From the NCBI RefSeq assembly GCF_036321535.1, contig NC_087437.1:33048001-33112000 (forward strand): a DNA stretch of 64,000 bases. Direction: 5' to 3'. A program made the translations under genes and the position numbers. The notes beneath the pieces were generated by a model that made no database searches, was not told the DNA's origin, and worked only from the letters and a program-made list of their open reading frames with translations. The stretch is from Camelus dromedarius (lineage: Eukaryota). Positions within the stretch are counted from its first letter, which is position 1. Each line of letters starts with the position of its first letter. Shown in pieces: positions 52,663 to 64,000 of the stretch.

Positions 52663-53647
52663 GGATACATAGGTGTAGTTTAGTTTCTGTATTGTTGGAT
52701 ATATAGTATTAGGGACAGTAGAAAGGCAACAATTTTCAAGTATAAATATGATTCTGATAAAAATAAGGAGAAATTTCAGGGAAATACACTGTGGTAAGAT
52801 TCCTATGTCCCTACTTTTACACATAAGAGAGGGTTGTAAAGTCAAAGATGGACCTTGTGGTCTAGGGTAGCCTCAGTGGTCAATGACCTGGCCATTACTG
52901 ATTCTTAGCAACAACAAAAGCAAGTTTTTAAGATAGTTTCAAATAATAATTGCTTTCTTGCCATGCTTATTTTTCCTTTTTTATATTCCTTTTATTGTGC
53001 TCAGCTGTTACCCTGCTTTTCATTGTGATGTTTAGCAATTGTGGTTATGAATGTTTTGATTTAAGCTTTTTGGGGATAACTCGTTTTCTACTTTTTCCTG
53101 AGGACTGAGAAGTAATTGCATGCTGCTCTGTATCTCTGTGGTGGGGGTGTTGTGGCCACAGCACAGCTGTTGGCCTCTGCCAGCTGCTAGAGCTAAAACT
53201 GCACTGCTGGCTCGGAGGCCTGCTTTTGCCAGTAGCCCCTGAGGAGTGAGAGTGGGACACGCACGATGGGTTGAGGACAAGACCCAGAGGTCGTTATTTT
53301 AGAGCCTGTTACTGTCATGGCGCTTAAATAATGGATAGTTTGTACTGTTTGGTTTCCTGTATGTACAGTCTTAAAAAAAAAAAAAAAGAAAGAAAACAAA
53401 TCAATTAATTAAATGTTTTTTAAAAGATGATACTTTATATGGTTTAAACATTTAAAAACTAAATTAAAAACACAGTAAAAAGTCTCCCACCTGGCTCCCA
53501 TCTGCCTAGTTCTCTGCCCCGTCCCTAAAACAGATTGCCAATTAATAGTTTCTGATGTATGGTTTTTTTGTTTTTTTTTTTTTTTGGTATATATATTGCT
53601 TTTCCCTCTGTTTTACAACAATTGTTAGCATACTGTTTATATGGTTC

Positions 53648-53666
53648 TGTGTGTGTGTCTATTTTC

Positions 53667-53697
<31 letters not shown>

Positions 53698-53720
53698 CTA
53701 TATATATATTTGGGGGGGGG
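53648..53720. repeat. Compound (TG)n/(TA)n/(G)n microsatellite
   Basis: Directly visible TG runs, then a TA run, then G9. Confidence 0.9.
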
Positions 53721-53957
53721 CAGATTTAAAGTTAGTGACATTCCAGGAATGTTAAAAGCAATTGCACAGTTAAATAGCTTTTTTTTTTTTTTTTAAATTT
53801 TGACCTTAATTTATAGAGGACCTGATTCTAGTCTCCACTGGAGCCAGTACTCCAAAGAGTATCAATTCATTTCATTCATTTGTTAGTTTTTAATTGATCT
53901 GAAACACCAAATACAATTCTAAGATAAACTAATCATTAAATATTTTTTCTTGTGTAG

Positions 53958-54113
<156 letters not shown>

Positions 54114-54663
54114 TAAGTCTTGGAAATATTCTTAGTTTATGCACTGTAGAAGAATTTAAGAATTGTTCTTGTAGTTTTGCTGTACTTGTGGGTTTTTGTT
54201 TTTTTCTTAATTTACAAAAACCAACCTCCATTTCTATTTGGTTAACAATTTTGGCATAGAGAAAAATACTTATTACACCTTCCCATATCATGTTCTATTT
54301 GTAAATTAGAAATATGATTTGTTCCATTATCTATCAAGGTTTGTATTATTAGAAAATTTTCTCATTTGGGACCAGTCATATTAAAAAAAGAGCTTTAAAA
54401 CAAAAATTTTTAAGCTCTCTCGTTTTCTTTTTCTAGCAGACCATTTCTGTGTTTTTCATTCTACTCTGCACCTATCAAAGTATAATAACTAAGGCCAGAC
54501 AAGTAATTTTTATTGCTCTCTTTCAGTGAACTTTCATTTATGTGTAAGCTCAGAAATGTTTAGTACACATGTGCTTTTTCTCAGGTAAACTCTGATGAAA
54601 AAACTGATATAAAAGAAATATCAAATATTACATCTCATAGATGTATATTTCTTTTGTTTTAAG

Positions 54664-54748
54664 TGACTCACAAGAGAAAACAAAAATCTTAATGAACTCC
54701 GAAAGAGACAATTCCCACCCATTTGTAGGCCTGGCTTTTAAACTGGAG
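54664..54748 (+). CDS. GFM1: GFM1 exon 8 (85 nt)
   Basis: gttttaag| [28 protein letters not shown] |gtaagt. Confidence 0.96.
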
Positions 54749-54844
54749 GTAAGTTGCTTTCTATTGTATTTAACTGCTATATGTAGAAATACTCTTTTCT
54801 CTTAAGCTTTTATTCCTATTACACAGTGATTCATAGGAAAAATT

Positions 54845-55340
54845 TGGTTATAGATTTCTCCACTGTAAAATTACTCTTCCCCATCCCTCCCCCCTCTTTT
54901 CCATACTGAGTCTTTAGGAGGAGGTTACTATGCATAGCCTACATCAAGGGGTGGGGATAATGCTCTTGCTCCTTGAGGGCGCAGTATCTACATATGAGTT
55001 GTTTCAGATTCTTTTTTTATCAGTATGGACTCCGGGATATTTATTTTGTACTTTTGAGTTACAATCCAGTAGTAGTTACTTATTTTGTTACCAGATTGGC
55101 CAGATTTGGCCACTGGAGCTCTTTCAGTTGGCCTCTGCGTCCATTTGACATTCCCTGGTATTTTGCTTTTTTTTTTTTTTTTTTTAATACTTCCTTACTT
55201 CCTGGCACTACAGGATGCTCCTGGCTTATCTTGTATATTCCCTGCTCCAGCCCTAGAGACAGCTGTCTCTTTAGGAGCCCTCGTCCCTTTTAAAGTGAAT
55301 GGCATTAGAAACCAAGATTTAGAGACTGGCTGTGCTTTTT
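54845..55340 (-). mobile_element. Old L1MC/MD-like 3'UTR fragment
   Basis: cagatttggccactggagctctttcagttggc, acttccttacttcctggcactacaggatgctcc, gaatggcattagaaaccaagat. Confidence 0.6.
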
Positions 55341-55516
55341 ATTGTGGTGTTTTTGCTTCTGTTCATAATACTTTAAGTGGAAAAAAGATGGGTAAGTTGG
55401 AGGTTTTAAAGGCTGGTTATTTTTGGAATGGAATTATAATTGGGGGTGGGGAGTTTCTGTACTTTTTATTTTTAAGTTTTTATAATATTACTCTAAAATC
55501 AGAAAAAGTAATTTTA

Positions 55517-56324
55517 TTTCTTTTTATTAAATAAAAAATTCTTTAATTTCTGTCGTGCTTTACAATTTTCAAAAGTTTCACACACATAATTTCATATAAT
55601 CCCATAATAACCATTTTTTTCCCTCTACCCCTATATTGCCCCTCCCCTACTTCTGTCTCTCCAGTGGTAACCACTAGTTTGTTCTTTATATCTGTCAGTC
55701 TGCTTCTTTTTTGTTTTATTCACTAGTTTGTTGTTATATTTTTTGATTCCACAGGTAAGTGGTATCATACAGTATTTTTCTTTCTTTGTCTCACTTGTTT
55801 CACTTAGCATAATGCCCTCCAAGTCCATCCATGTTGTTGCAAGTGGCAAAATTTCATTTTTTATGGCTGAAAAATATTCCTCTGTGTGTGTACATCACGT
55901 CTTCTTTATCCATTCATCTGTTTTTGGACACATAAGTTGCTTCCATATCTTGGTGATTGTAAATAGTGCTGCTATGAACATTAGGTGCATGTATCCTTTC
56001 AAATTAGAGTTTTGGGGCTTTTTTGGATATGTACCCAGAAGTAGAATTGCTGGGTCATATGGTGACTCTATTTTTAGTTTTTGAGAAAGCTCCATACTGT
56101 TTTCCACAGTGGCTGCACCAATTTACATTCCTACCAATAGTGTACGAGAGTTCTTTTCTCCACACCCTCACCAGCATTTATTATTTGTGTTCTTTTTAAT
56201 GATAGCCAGACTGGTGTGAGGTGATACTTCATTGTGGTTTTGATTTGCATTTCCCTGATAATTAGTGATGTTGAAAATCTTTTCACATCTGCATTTCCTC
56301 TTTGGAAAAATGTCTGTTCAATTC
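55517..56324 (-). mobile_element. 5'-truncated LINE-1 3' end with TSD
   Basis: ORFs 55895-56107 and 55631-55849 (-) are the ORF2p C-terminus. Perfect 17-bp TSD CAGAAAAAGTAATTTTA (55500-55516 / 56325-56341). Confidence 0.92.
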
Positions 56325-57871
56325 CAGAAAAAGTAATTTTAAATTAAAAAGTAGAAATAACATTGCGGTGACAATTTTTATGCTTAAAGCTTTTAAGAAT
56401 AATGTATTTAGGAATATTTTCTTCGGTTCCTCAGAATAGCAGTTATTGAGTAAAAGGTATGGAATACTTTAATACTTAATGATTTATATTGCCAGATTGC
56501 TTTTATACTCTCAGAATTCATGTACATATTTAGATTATTATTTTAGTGAATCTATCAGCATTGAGTATTTATTAAAAATCATTACTGATTTCACAAATGA
56601 AAATGGTATTTTAATATATCATCTTGACTTAATTCCTAATGAAAGAACATTTTTCCATATATTTATTATGCAGTTGTATTTCTTCTTTTGTAATTATCTA
56701 TTTCTTTTGTCTTTCCTTTTTTAAAATTAGAGTCAGTGTTTTACTTACTTGTTTGTATGAGCTCTCTCTAATAAAATTTTTTGAAAAACAATTAGTTTAA
56801 AATTTATATAGTCAGATATATCAGTCTTTGTCTTTAGTCATTTTCTCATTTTTAACCTTATAAATCTTCCTCTTTGAGTATCTTTTATAAATACTTTTGT
56901 TTCTTCTCCTTTTTTCTGTTTTTCTTTTCCATTATTAACCCAACTGGAATTTGTTTTGCTGAAGGCTATAAGGTGGTATCTGAATGTATCTCCTCTGCCT
57001 CCAAATAGAAGACCAATTGTCCAGTTAACAGTTTTTGAACAATGTTATCTTTTTCCATTGATTGTCATGTCTCCTTTATCATCCATTGACAAATGGATTA
57101 AACATTTTAGATACTTATACTGTACTCTACGGGCTGTTCAGTTTAATTTGTGCTAGTTTATGCATTTTATGCCTTGGAGTATTTAATATGTTTTTATATC
57201 AGTCAATTTTCTTTTCATTGCCATAGTTTTTCAGAAATTTCTATTTTTATCTGTTCTTCTAAATGAGTTTTAAAATTACTAACCAAATTTTTAAAAAATT
57301 ACTCTTGAGATTTTGAGTGCTGTTGTGTTAAACCTATAAATTAAAGTGGGAAGAATTGGCAACTTTTAAATACATATCTAATAGGCTACTGTTATATTCA
57401 CGAGGAAATGATCCTTGATTATTCATTTATATTCAGTCATTTTTGCAGAGCTCTTGTATAGTTTTCCAGGTGATTATCAGTCTTTTTTACATGTATAGTA
57501 TATGGTCTTACCATTTCTAATGATATTTTTGTTGTCTTTCTAATAGTTATACCTTATTTTTATGTCTTATTGTATTAAACTGAACTTATGAAATAACTTA
57601 TATAAATAATTTAAAACTTTCTAATAACTTTTATTTCCGAGGAAACAGAAGTAGTATCTTGGATTGTGATGCCAAAAACAGCAACCATTGAACTTACTGA
57701 ATTCAAAACTAGTATTAAAGTAGTTTATGATAATAAACTGAAACAAGTATATAAGTTGTACTACTAAAACTGATGGGGAATATTTGGAGGTAATTGTGAA
57801 GTTTTCCTCTTAATTTTGATTCCTGTGTTTCTTTTTCATTCTTTCTGCCCTTACCCAATTTTGACTTCTAG

Positions 57872-58030
<159 letters not shown>

Positions 58031-59527
58031 TGAGATCAGAAATTTCTGTGACACACCTAAAGTAGGTCTGCCTTCTTGATATCTTGAGCCTCACAAGAAA
58101 GTCGCTTCCAGTTGAACATGTTTTCCTAGCTTCTTCCCTTTTTTTTTAATTAGATGTGCTGCAGTTCTGAGGTAGCACTTTGGTATGGGCTAAATTAGCA
58201 CAGGTTAAGAATGCGTTTTATATCACCATTTATGAGTTAGCTGTATTTCCTCAGCGGCCAGTGTTAAGGACAGGAGATTATTATTTCCCTGAGATTCAGA
58301 ACACAAGATTCAGCACTTTCCCTAAGGGCTGTCATTATAAAGTGTATAATAGGTTTTTAGGGCAGTGGAATAAATTCACATATAGCTTCCCACATTGTTC
58401 AATAGGTTTGCTTCCTGAAAAGTGAAGGGTGTGAAGGCTCTGTTTAACCCTAGAACTTTGTATTCATGGAAAGGCCATATTGGTGCTAGAATCCATCTGA
58501 AGATTTAAAACCTCTCCAGGTCTGGTCTGGGAAATAAACTTTGGCTTATCGCTTGAATTCTTGAATTGGCTTTGAATCCGTCCTCACCTTTGTGGCTCGT
58601 TAGGTTAGGCCTTGGCAGGAATACCAAGTATGTGAGGTTGTCTCCTTCTTGCACCCTTTTCCAATTCAGTGCTATGCTCCTGGAGAAATTTATTAATCTA
58701 AGCAAAATCTTATGACATTCAGAAATTTTGGGTGGCCATAACTTTTGTATCTCCTAGAAAATGAGTAGATTTTGGGAGACTGTCTCCCAAAATCGAACAT
58801 CATTGCTGTTTTTGAGATAGGCAGCAGGGGGCAGGCTAGTGGGATTAGTGATTGTCACAGCTCTTTCATGGGCCAGACGCTAAGAGGTCTGTACCGCTGT
58901 GTGCCCATGAAAACAAGCCACACACACTTGCTTATTCACAGCCACAGCTGTTATGAATGAACTGTCAATAAAAAGACAAAGGCCAGGAAACTTAGAGGCA
59001 CCAGTGCTTTGTTCTTAGATTTCCTGTGGTTTCTTAACTGCTTGCATCTGTGAGAAATTAAGATTATTTTAAGTACAGTGGGCTCCATTCTCCTGCCTTT
59101 GTTTTCAAAACTTCCTTTGCTGGTTTTCCTTGTATGCCTTTGTCATACACATCTCATTGTTGGACTGTGGCAGCACATATGGTACTACATACTTTTTAAT
59201 TCTATAGAAATAACTTTAGAAACGTGAGGCTCTGTGTTCTGTCAGTACTGCGGATCCTTTAAGTAAATATGCCATAGCTCTTAGTTTCCATTTAAGGTAA
59301 AATCTTGTCAATTGAGATGTGTTTTTAATAAAGGCTCTTTTTAAGGTATATCTTACCCTGGTTGATTGTTGGTGTTGCATTGATTCTAGCTAATTTCTCC
59401 TTTGTAGAATTCATGGTTAGATTCTGTCATGTTTGTTTTGTACACTGTATTTATTGTGCAGTTACTTTTTAGTTACTATGTCCTGATTTGTACTACTTGC
59501 AAGTATCATTTTGTGTTATTTATTTAG

Positions 59528-59629
59528 GATGTTGAGGAAGTGTTTGCCGGAGACATCTGTGCATTGTTTGGCATTGACTGTGCTAGTGGAGACACATTCA
59601 CAAACAAAGACAGTAGTGGCCTTTCTATG
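59528..59629 (+). CDS. GFM1: GFM1 exon 10 (102 nt)
   Basis: tatttag| [34 protein letters not shown] |gtaagt. Confidence 0.97.
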
Positions 59630-60654
59630 GTAAGTCGTTGAATTTCAAAGTTATTTATCACTTGAGTTTCAAAAGTTTGTGTTTTAGTACTTTAGAAAAA
59701 CAACCACAGATGTTTTCATTTAGTGCCACAGGCATCCAGCGTAGATTTGTTGTGGCTCTTTTAATGTCAGTTAAACAAGTGCTCTGGATTAGCTAACTTA
59801 CCTGGTTTTTCTTAGTAAAATCATTCCACGATCCCCCAAGGTTTAACATGGAGGAAAAATCTTCACTCAACACACTGGGACCGTGTAGCTGTGACTCCTG
59901 TATCCTGAAATCTGCCTCCCCATTGTGGGCACTTCTCTAATTGCTGTCACCATCATCAGGCTAGTCCCAACCGCGTGCTCCTTCCTTATTAACTCAGCAG
60001 CCAGAGAGTGAACCCTTCCCTCAGTCCCCTAGAGAACCATAGGAGCGGGCTGTAACATTTACAGTAGACTTGGGGTTATCAGGATAGAGCAGAACCACGC
60101 CCCAAATGCGAGATGCAGCTGGACAGTCCAGCTTACTGCGCACAGCCTGCCTTGTGGAACTCGTAGGTGCTTTTTCATTACTCCCAGAGCCTGAAGGAAA
60201 CAGCATGCTTTTCCTGCCTTTCAGTCCCCTTCCCTCACTCCCCATTTTTGCCCCTACAGGAGAGCAGGCTCTTCTACACTATGACTGTTTGTTCATGAGG
60301 GTGGTTCCTCTCCTGAATCCAGTAAGGGAAGAGTATGAGTACAGACATGATAGGTGATTTGCAGTGAAGGAGTGTACAGTGGGTCCGTTATGTAAGAACT
60401 GGTCCCTCCCTAACAGATGAGCACTGTAATGGCCCTGTATCATGTGATGAATTCTTTATTTTGTAATTTAGCTTTTTTGTATATAATACTCTCTACTGTC
60501 TGTGGTTTTACATGTTGAGTTAGGACACTACAGAAATCTTAAATCTATAAATGTTTTGAGGAGACCTAGATAAGGGAACTTCTTTAATCAGTATTATTGA
60601 TCAGGCTTTTTCCAAACTTGCCATCAGCAGTATGAACGGACTGGAGGTTTAGGG

Positions 60655-60850
60655 AAACACTCAGGCTTTGAAGCAAATAGATATTGATCAGAGTCTCACT
60701 TCTACCCTAAGCTACCTACTGGCCCTTGGCCAAGTCATTTTTTTCTTCTTGCCAAGCCTTTAATGATTTTATTTGTAAAGTGGGGATAATAATATCTGCC
60801 TCTCAGAGTTGTGATTGATTAAATGAGATATCATGTGTATAAAGAATCTG
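60655..60850. mobile_element. MIR SINE
   Basis: ccttggccaagtca...atttgtaaagtggggataataatatctgcctctcagagttgtg...attaaatgagata (MIR core). Confidence 0.7.
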
Positions 60851-61271
60851 GTCCCTTTCTCTGTTTCTCTTAACTGTGATTGTGGTATATTTTGATTAAA
60901 TAAAGTAACTTATCAGACGATAGCTATAGAAAATGTAGCCACTAGCCAATAGGAATTCCGTATTTCAGCATTTGGGTTCATTATAATGATCATGTTAAAC
61001 TGAAAGTGTCGACAAACTTAAAGGTCTTAAACAAGTAAGTAAACAGGTACTCTATTGTTATTTTGGGAGGGAGAAGATCATATAAGTAGACGTCTTTATT
61101 AATATATTTGTTTATTTAATGCAAAACAGACCAAGATATATTTTGTCTAGCCTAAAGATGTTGACTAGTGTTTGTCTTTTGTTCTCTTGTAAAGTAGAAC
61201 ATTAATATTAATCCATCTCTGACACAGACAGTACTGTATTTGAATCCTCTGTTCTTTTAAAAATATTTCAG

Positions 61272-61328
61272 GAGTCCATTCATGTTCCTGATCCTGTCAT
61301 TTCAATAGCAATGAAGCCTTCTAACAAG
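61272..61328 (+). CDS. GFM1: GFM1 exon 11 (57 nt)
   Basis: atttcag| ESIHVPDPVISIAMKPSNK |gtagga. Confidence 0.96.
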
Positions 61329-62559
61329 GTAGGAGTTTAATGCTCAGCATATCACAATAAAAACTTGAGCTCTTTTTCATCTCTCTCCACAATGTATATG
61401 TTCTCTTGTGATAACCAGCAGTCTTACGGTCTTGATTTCCTCTTTTGGTATTCAGATCATCTGTTAAAATTTACCAGTCTATTAGTAAGTACTCCTCAGT
61501 ATATTTGAAAAAGTTGATGGTATTATAATATTCATGAGACTGCTTTGTAACTCTTCACTATAGTAAACATGTATCATTGGCTCCAGAGTGTTAGTTGTAA
61601 CTTCCTAGATTCAGATCATAATGGGATGGAAAGGGGGAAACTGGGGCATTTGTCCTCAGTTGTAGAAAAACCTCACTGTAAAGTATATTGGAATATTGTG
61701 TAGATTAATTGCCTCGTGGATTATAATGCATCTCTACATCTGTGGTAGTTATGAAGTAAATGTCTGATTATAACATGGAAGGTCTGCAAACAAGACCGTT
61801 TTTCTCACTTTCAAATATAACAGTTTTATGACTGGATTTGATGTCATTTAGCTTTTTAGCCAAATTGCTTGAATAGGTTCTGCATTCACATTGCTTGCCT
61901 TCGGAATTAGTCCTGATTGTGAACCATAATTGTGTAGTTCTTAAGTTGCCTTGACAGTCATAACTCTCATGTTAATGTGGTATATTGCAATTAACTCATT
62001 TGTGCACTGAGTAAACATTTTATGATCTCTTGTCATCTGGGAACCATCGTTTACAGAATGTTTTCTGATTTATGGTCTTGTGGATACTTTAACAGCTACT
62101 ACTTCATCTGTTTTGAGGAACTTGAGATTTTCCAGACCCTTCTCATTATAGAAAAGAGAATGTTGAGGTGGCAAGAAACATTTAAACTCCATCTCAGGAA
62201 TGCGAGGGAAAGCAAGCTTTACATCTTACCACAGTGAGATGCCACAGTTTGTTCCAAGTACTTTGCCAAATTGGTCACTTTTTCCTTCAGAAGATGAAGG
62301 GCTAGAAATTAAAGATATTATGTTACTTTATTCCTAAATTCAGAGTTTATGTAAGACATTTAACTGTTGAGAGTTCACAACAATGGGGGGGATATCAAAT
62401 GCATCAATATTCAGAAGGCTTTTTTGGTGTCTTGAGGTGTCTGCTTGCTGGAGAATTAATACAAATCAAATAATGAAGTCTCTGTATAAGGCTGTGAATC
62501 CCAGTAGTGAGGCAGGGATGACCTAGTGAGTTGAGAGTCCCTGACTAGTACAGGGAAAA

Positions 62560-62730
62560 GGGAAAAGACTTTGGAGATAGACTAAGCCAGGAGTCAGTAC
62601 CCGCTTTGCCATGCACTAGCTGTGTGGCTTTGAGCAAGTCACTTAACTTCTCTGTACCTAGTTTCCTCACCTGTAAATGTGGATGGTTCTGTCTTGCAGT
62701 CTTGTGGTTAGAATTTGAGGTAACATATAC
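62560..62730. mobile_element. MIR SINE
   Basis: actagctgtgtggctttgagcaagtcacttaacttctctgtacctagtttcctcacctgtaaatg (MIR core). Confidence 0.75.
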
Positions 62731-62789
62731 AAAACAAAAACATCTTCAGCCACACGTGATAGCTGTAATACTGGTGATTCAGGGCATGT

Positions 62790-63389
62790 TCATTTTCTAT
62801 TGGTGCAGTAAGAAATTAGCCCAAACTTTGTGACTTAAAATGGCACAAATGTATTATTTTACAGTGGTGTAGGTCAGAAATCTGACACAGTTCTTAATGG
62901 GCTAACATCAAGATATTGGCAAGTTCCCTCCTAGATAGAGACTCTAGGGAAAAGTTTATTTCCTTACTTACTCAGGTTGTGGGTAGAATTCAGCCCCTGT
63001 GGTTGTAGGACTGGGGTCCCCATTTCATTGCTGGCTGTCATCTGAGGGCTATTCCCAGCTGCCAGAGACTGCTCACCTTCCTAGGCTTGTAGCCGCCTTC
63101 CTACTGTCTTCAGTGCCACCAACTGCGAAATGAGCCCCTTTCATGCTTCAAATATCTCCTGTCTCTTCTTTCCCTCTTCCCATCTCTGACCTACCCTTCT
63201 GCATTCCTCTTCCATTTTTAAAGGCCCATGTGGATTACGTTCAGCCCATCCGGATTATTCATAATCTCCCCATCTCATAGTCTGTAACCTTAATCACAGC
63301 CGCAGAGCCCCTTTACCGTGTAAGGTAACAGTCACAGGTTTGGGGGGATTAGGGGCTGTCCTTAGAAGGCCATTATTCTGCTTACCACG
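62790..63389 (-). mobile_element. ERVL-MaLR LTR (MLT1-family)
   Basis: gtgacttaaaa...ggtcagaaatctgac...ggttgtaggactggggtcccc...gtaaccttaatcaca...ggccattattctgcttaccac. Confidence 0.75.
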
Positions 63390-63803
63390 TAAGGAGAATA
63401 AAGGTGCATCAGACCACATCCAGGCAGGTTGTTTGAAAGGGAGAAGTTTCAGCGAGCATTTGCTTGGTGTTGGTCTTTACTGTCTTCTTGAATCTACCAT
63501 GGAATCTTGGTAAACATGTTGATTCCTTTGATTGTGTGTAGGATTTCTAAAATATAACACAGTAACACAGATTCTCCTCTTCACTTCATGGGCAGTTTTC
63601 ACAAATGTACAGTTTTTGTCAATATAATAGAAAAGGGCATAGAGTTAAGTCTTAGACTTTTATGTTGTGTCTTAGTGTGAAAAGAAGTCTGTCAGTTTAC
63701 TATTCTTTGCTTTCTTGGCTGTGTTGTATCCAAGCTCACATTTAAAAGGGCCTAGGAATTAGGTGGTGGACCATTTTTATTTCTTAACTGCTTATGTATT
63801 TGA

Positions 63804-64000
<197 letters not shown>

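Overview
Mammalian genomic DNA, AT-rich and repeat-dense, most likely from a camelid (a Vic-type tRNA-derived SINE and an artiodactyl-like Tigger1 derivative are present). Two + strand genes were reconstructed by hand from splice sites and reading frame. MLF1 is complete: CDS 1310-36176, 7 constitutive coding exons totalling 810 nt (269 aa), plus a 42-nt cassette exon giving 283 aa. GFM1 (mitochondrial EF-G1) is partial: exons 1-12, from ATG 42239 to the window edge. Each gene starts in a CpG island. The rest is introns and intergenic DNA with L1, L2, MIR, MaLR/ERV LTRs and Tigger/hAT DNA transposon relics. Most short ORFs in the track are repeat-derived or spurious. I found no convincing new biological system. 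The best observations are a candidate L1 3' transduction in MLF1, a stop-containing counterpart of the human GFM1 intron-5 cryptic exon, two GC-AG introns in GFM1, a GCC-encoded poly-Ala tract in the GFM1 targeting peptide, and an unexplained poly(A)-ended insert. Repeat family names and human comparisons are from memory, not from a search.
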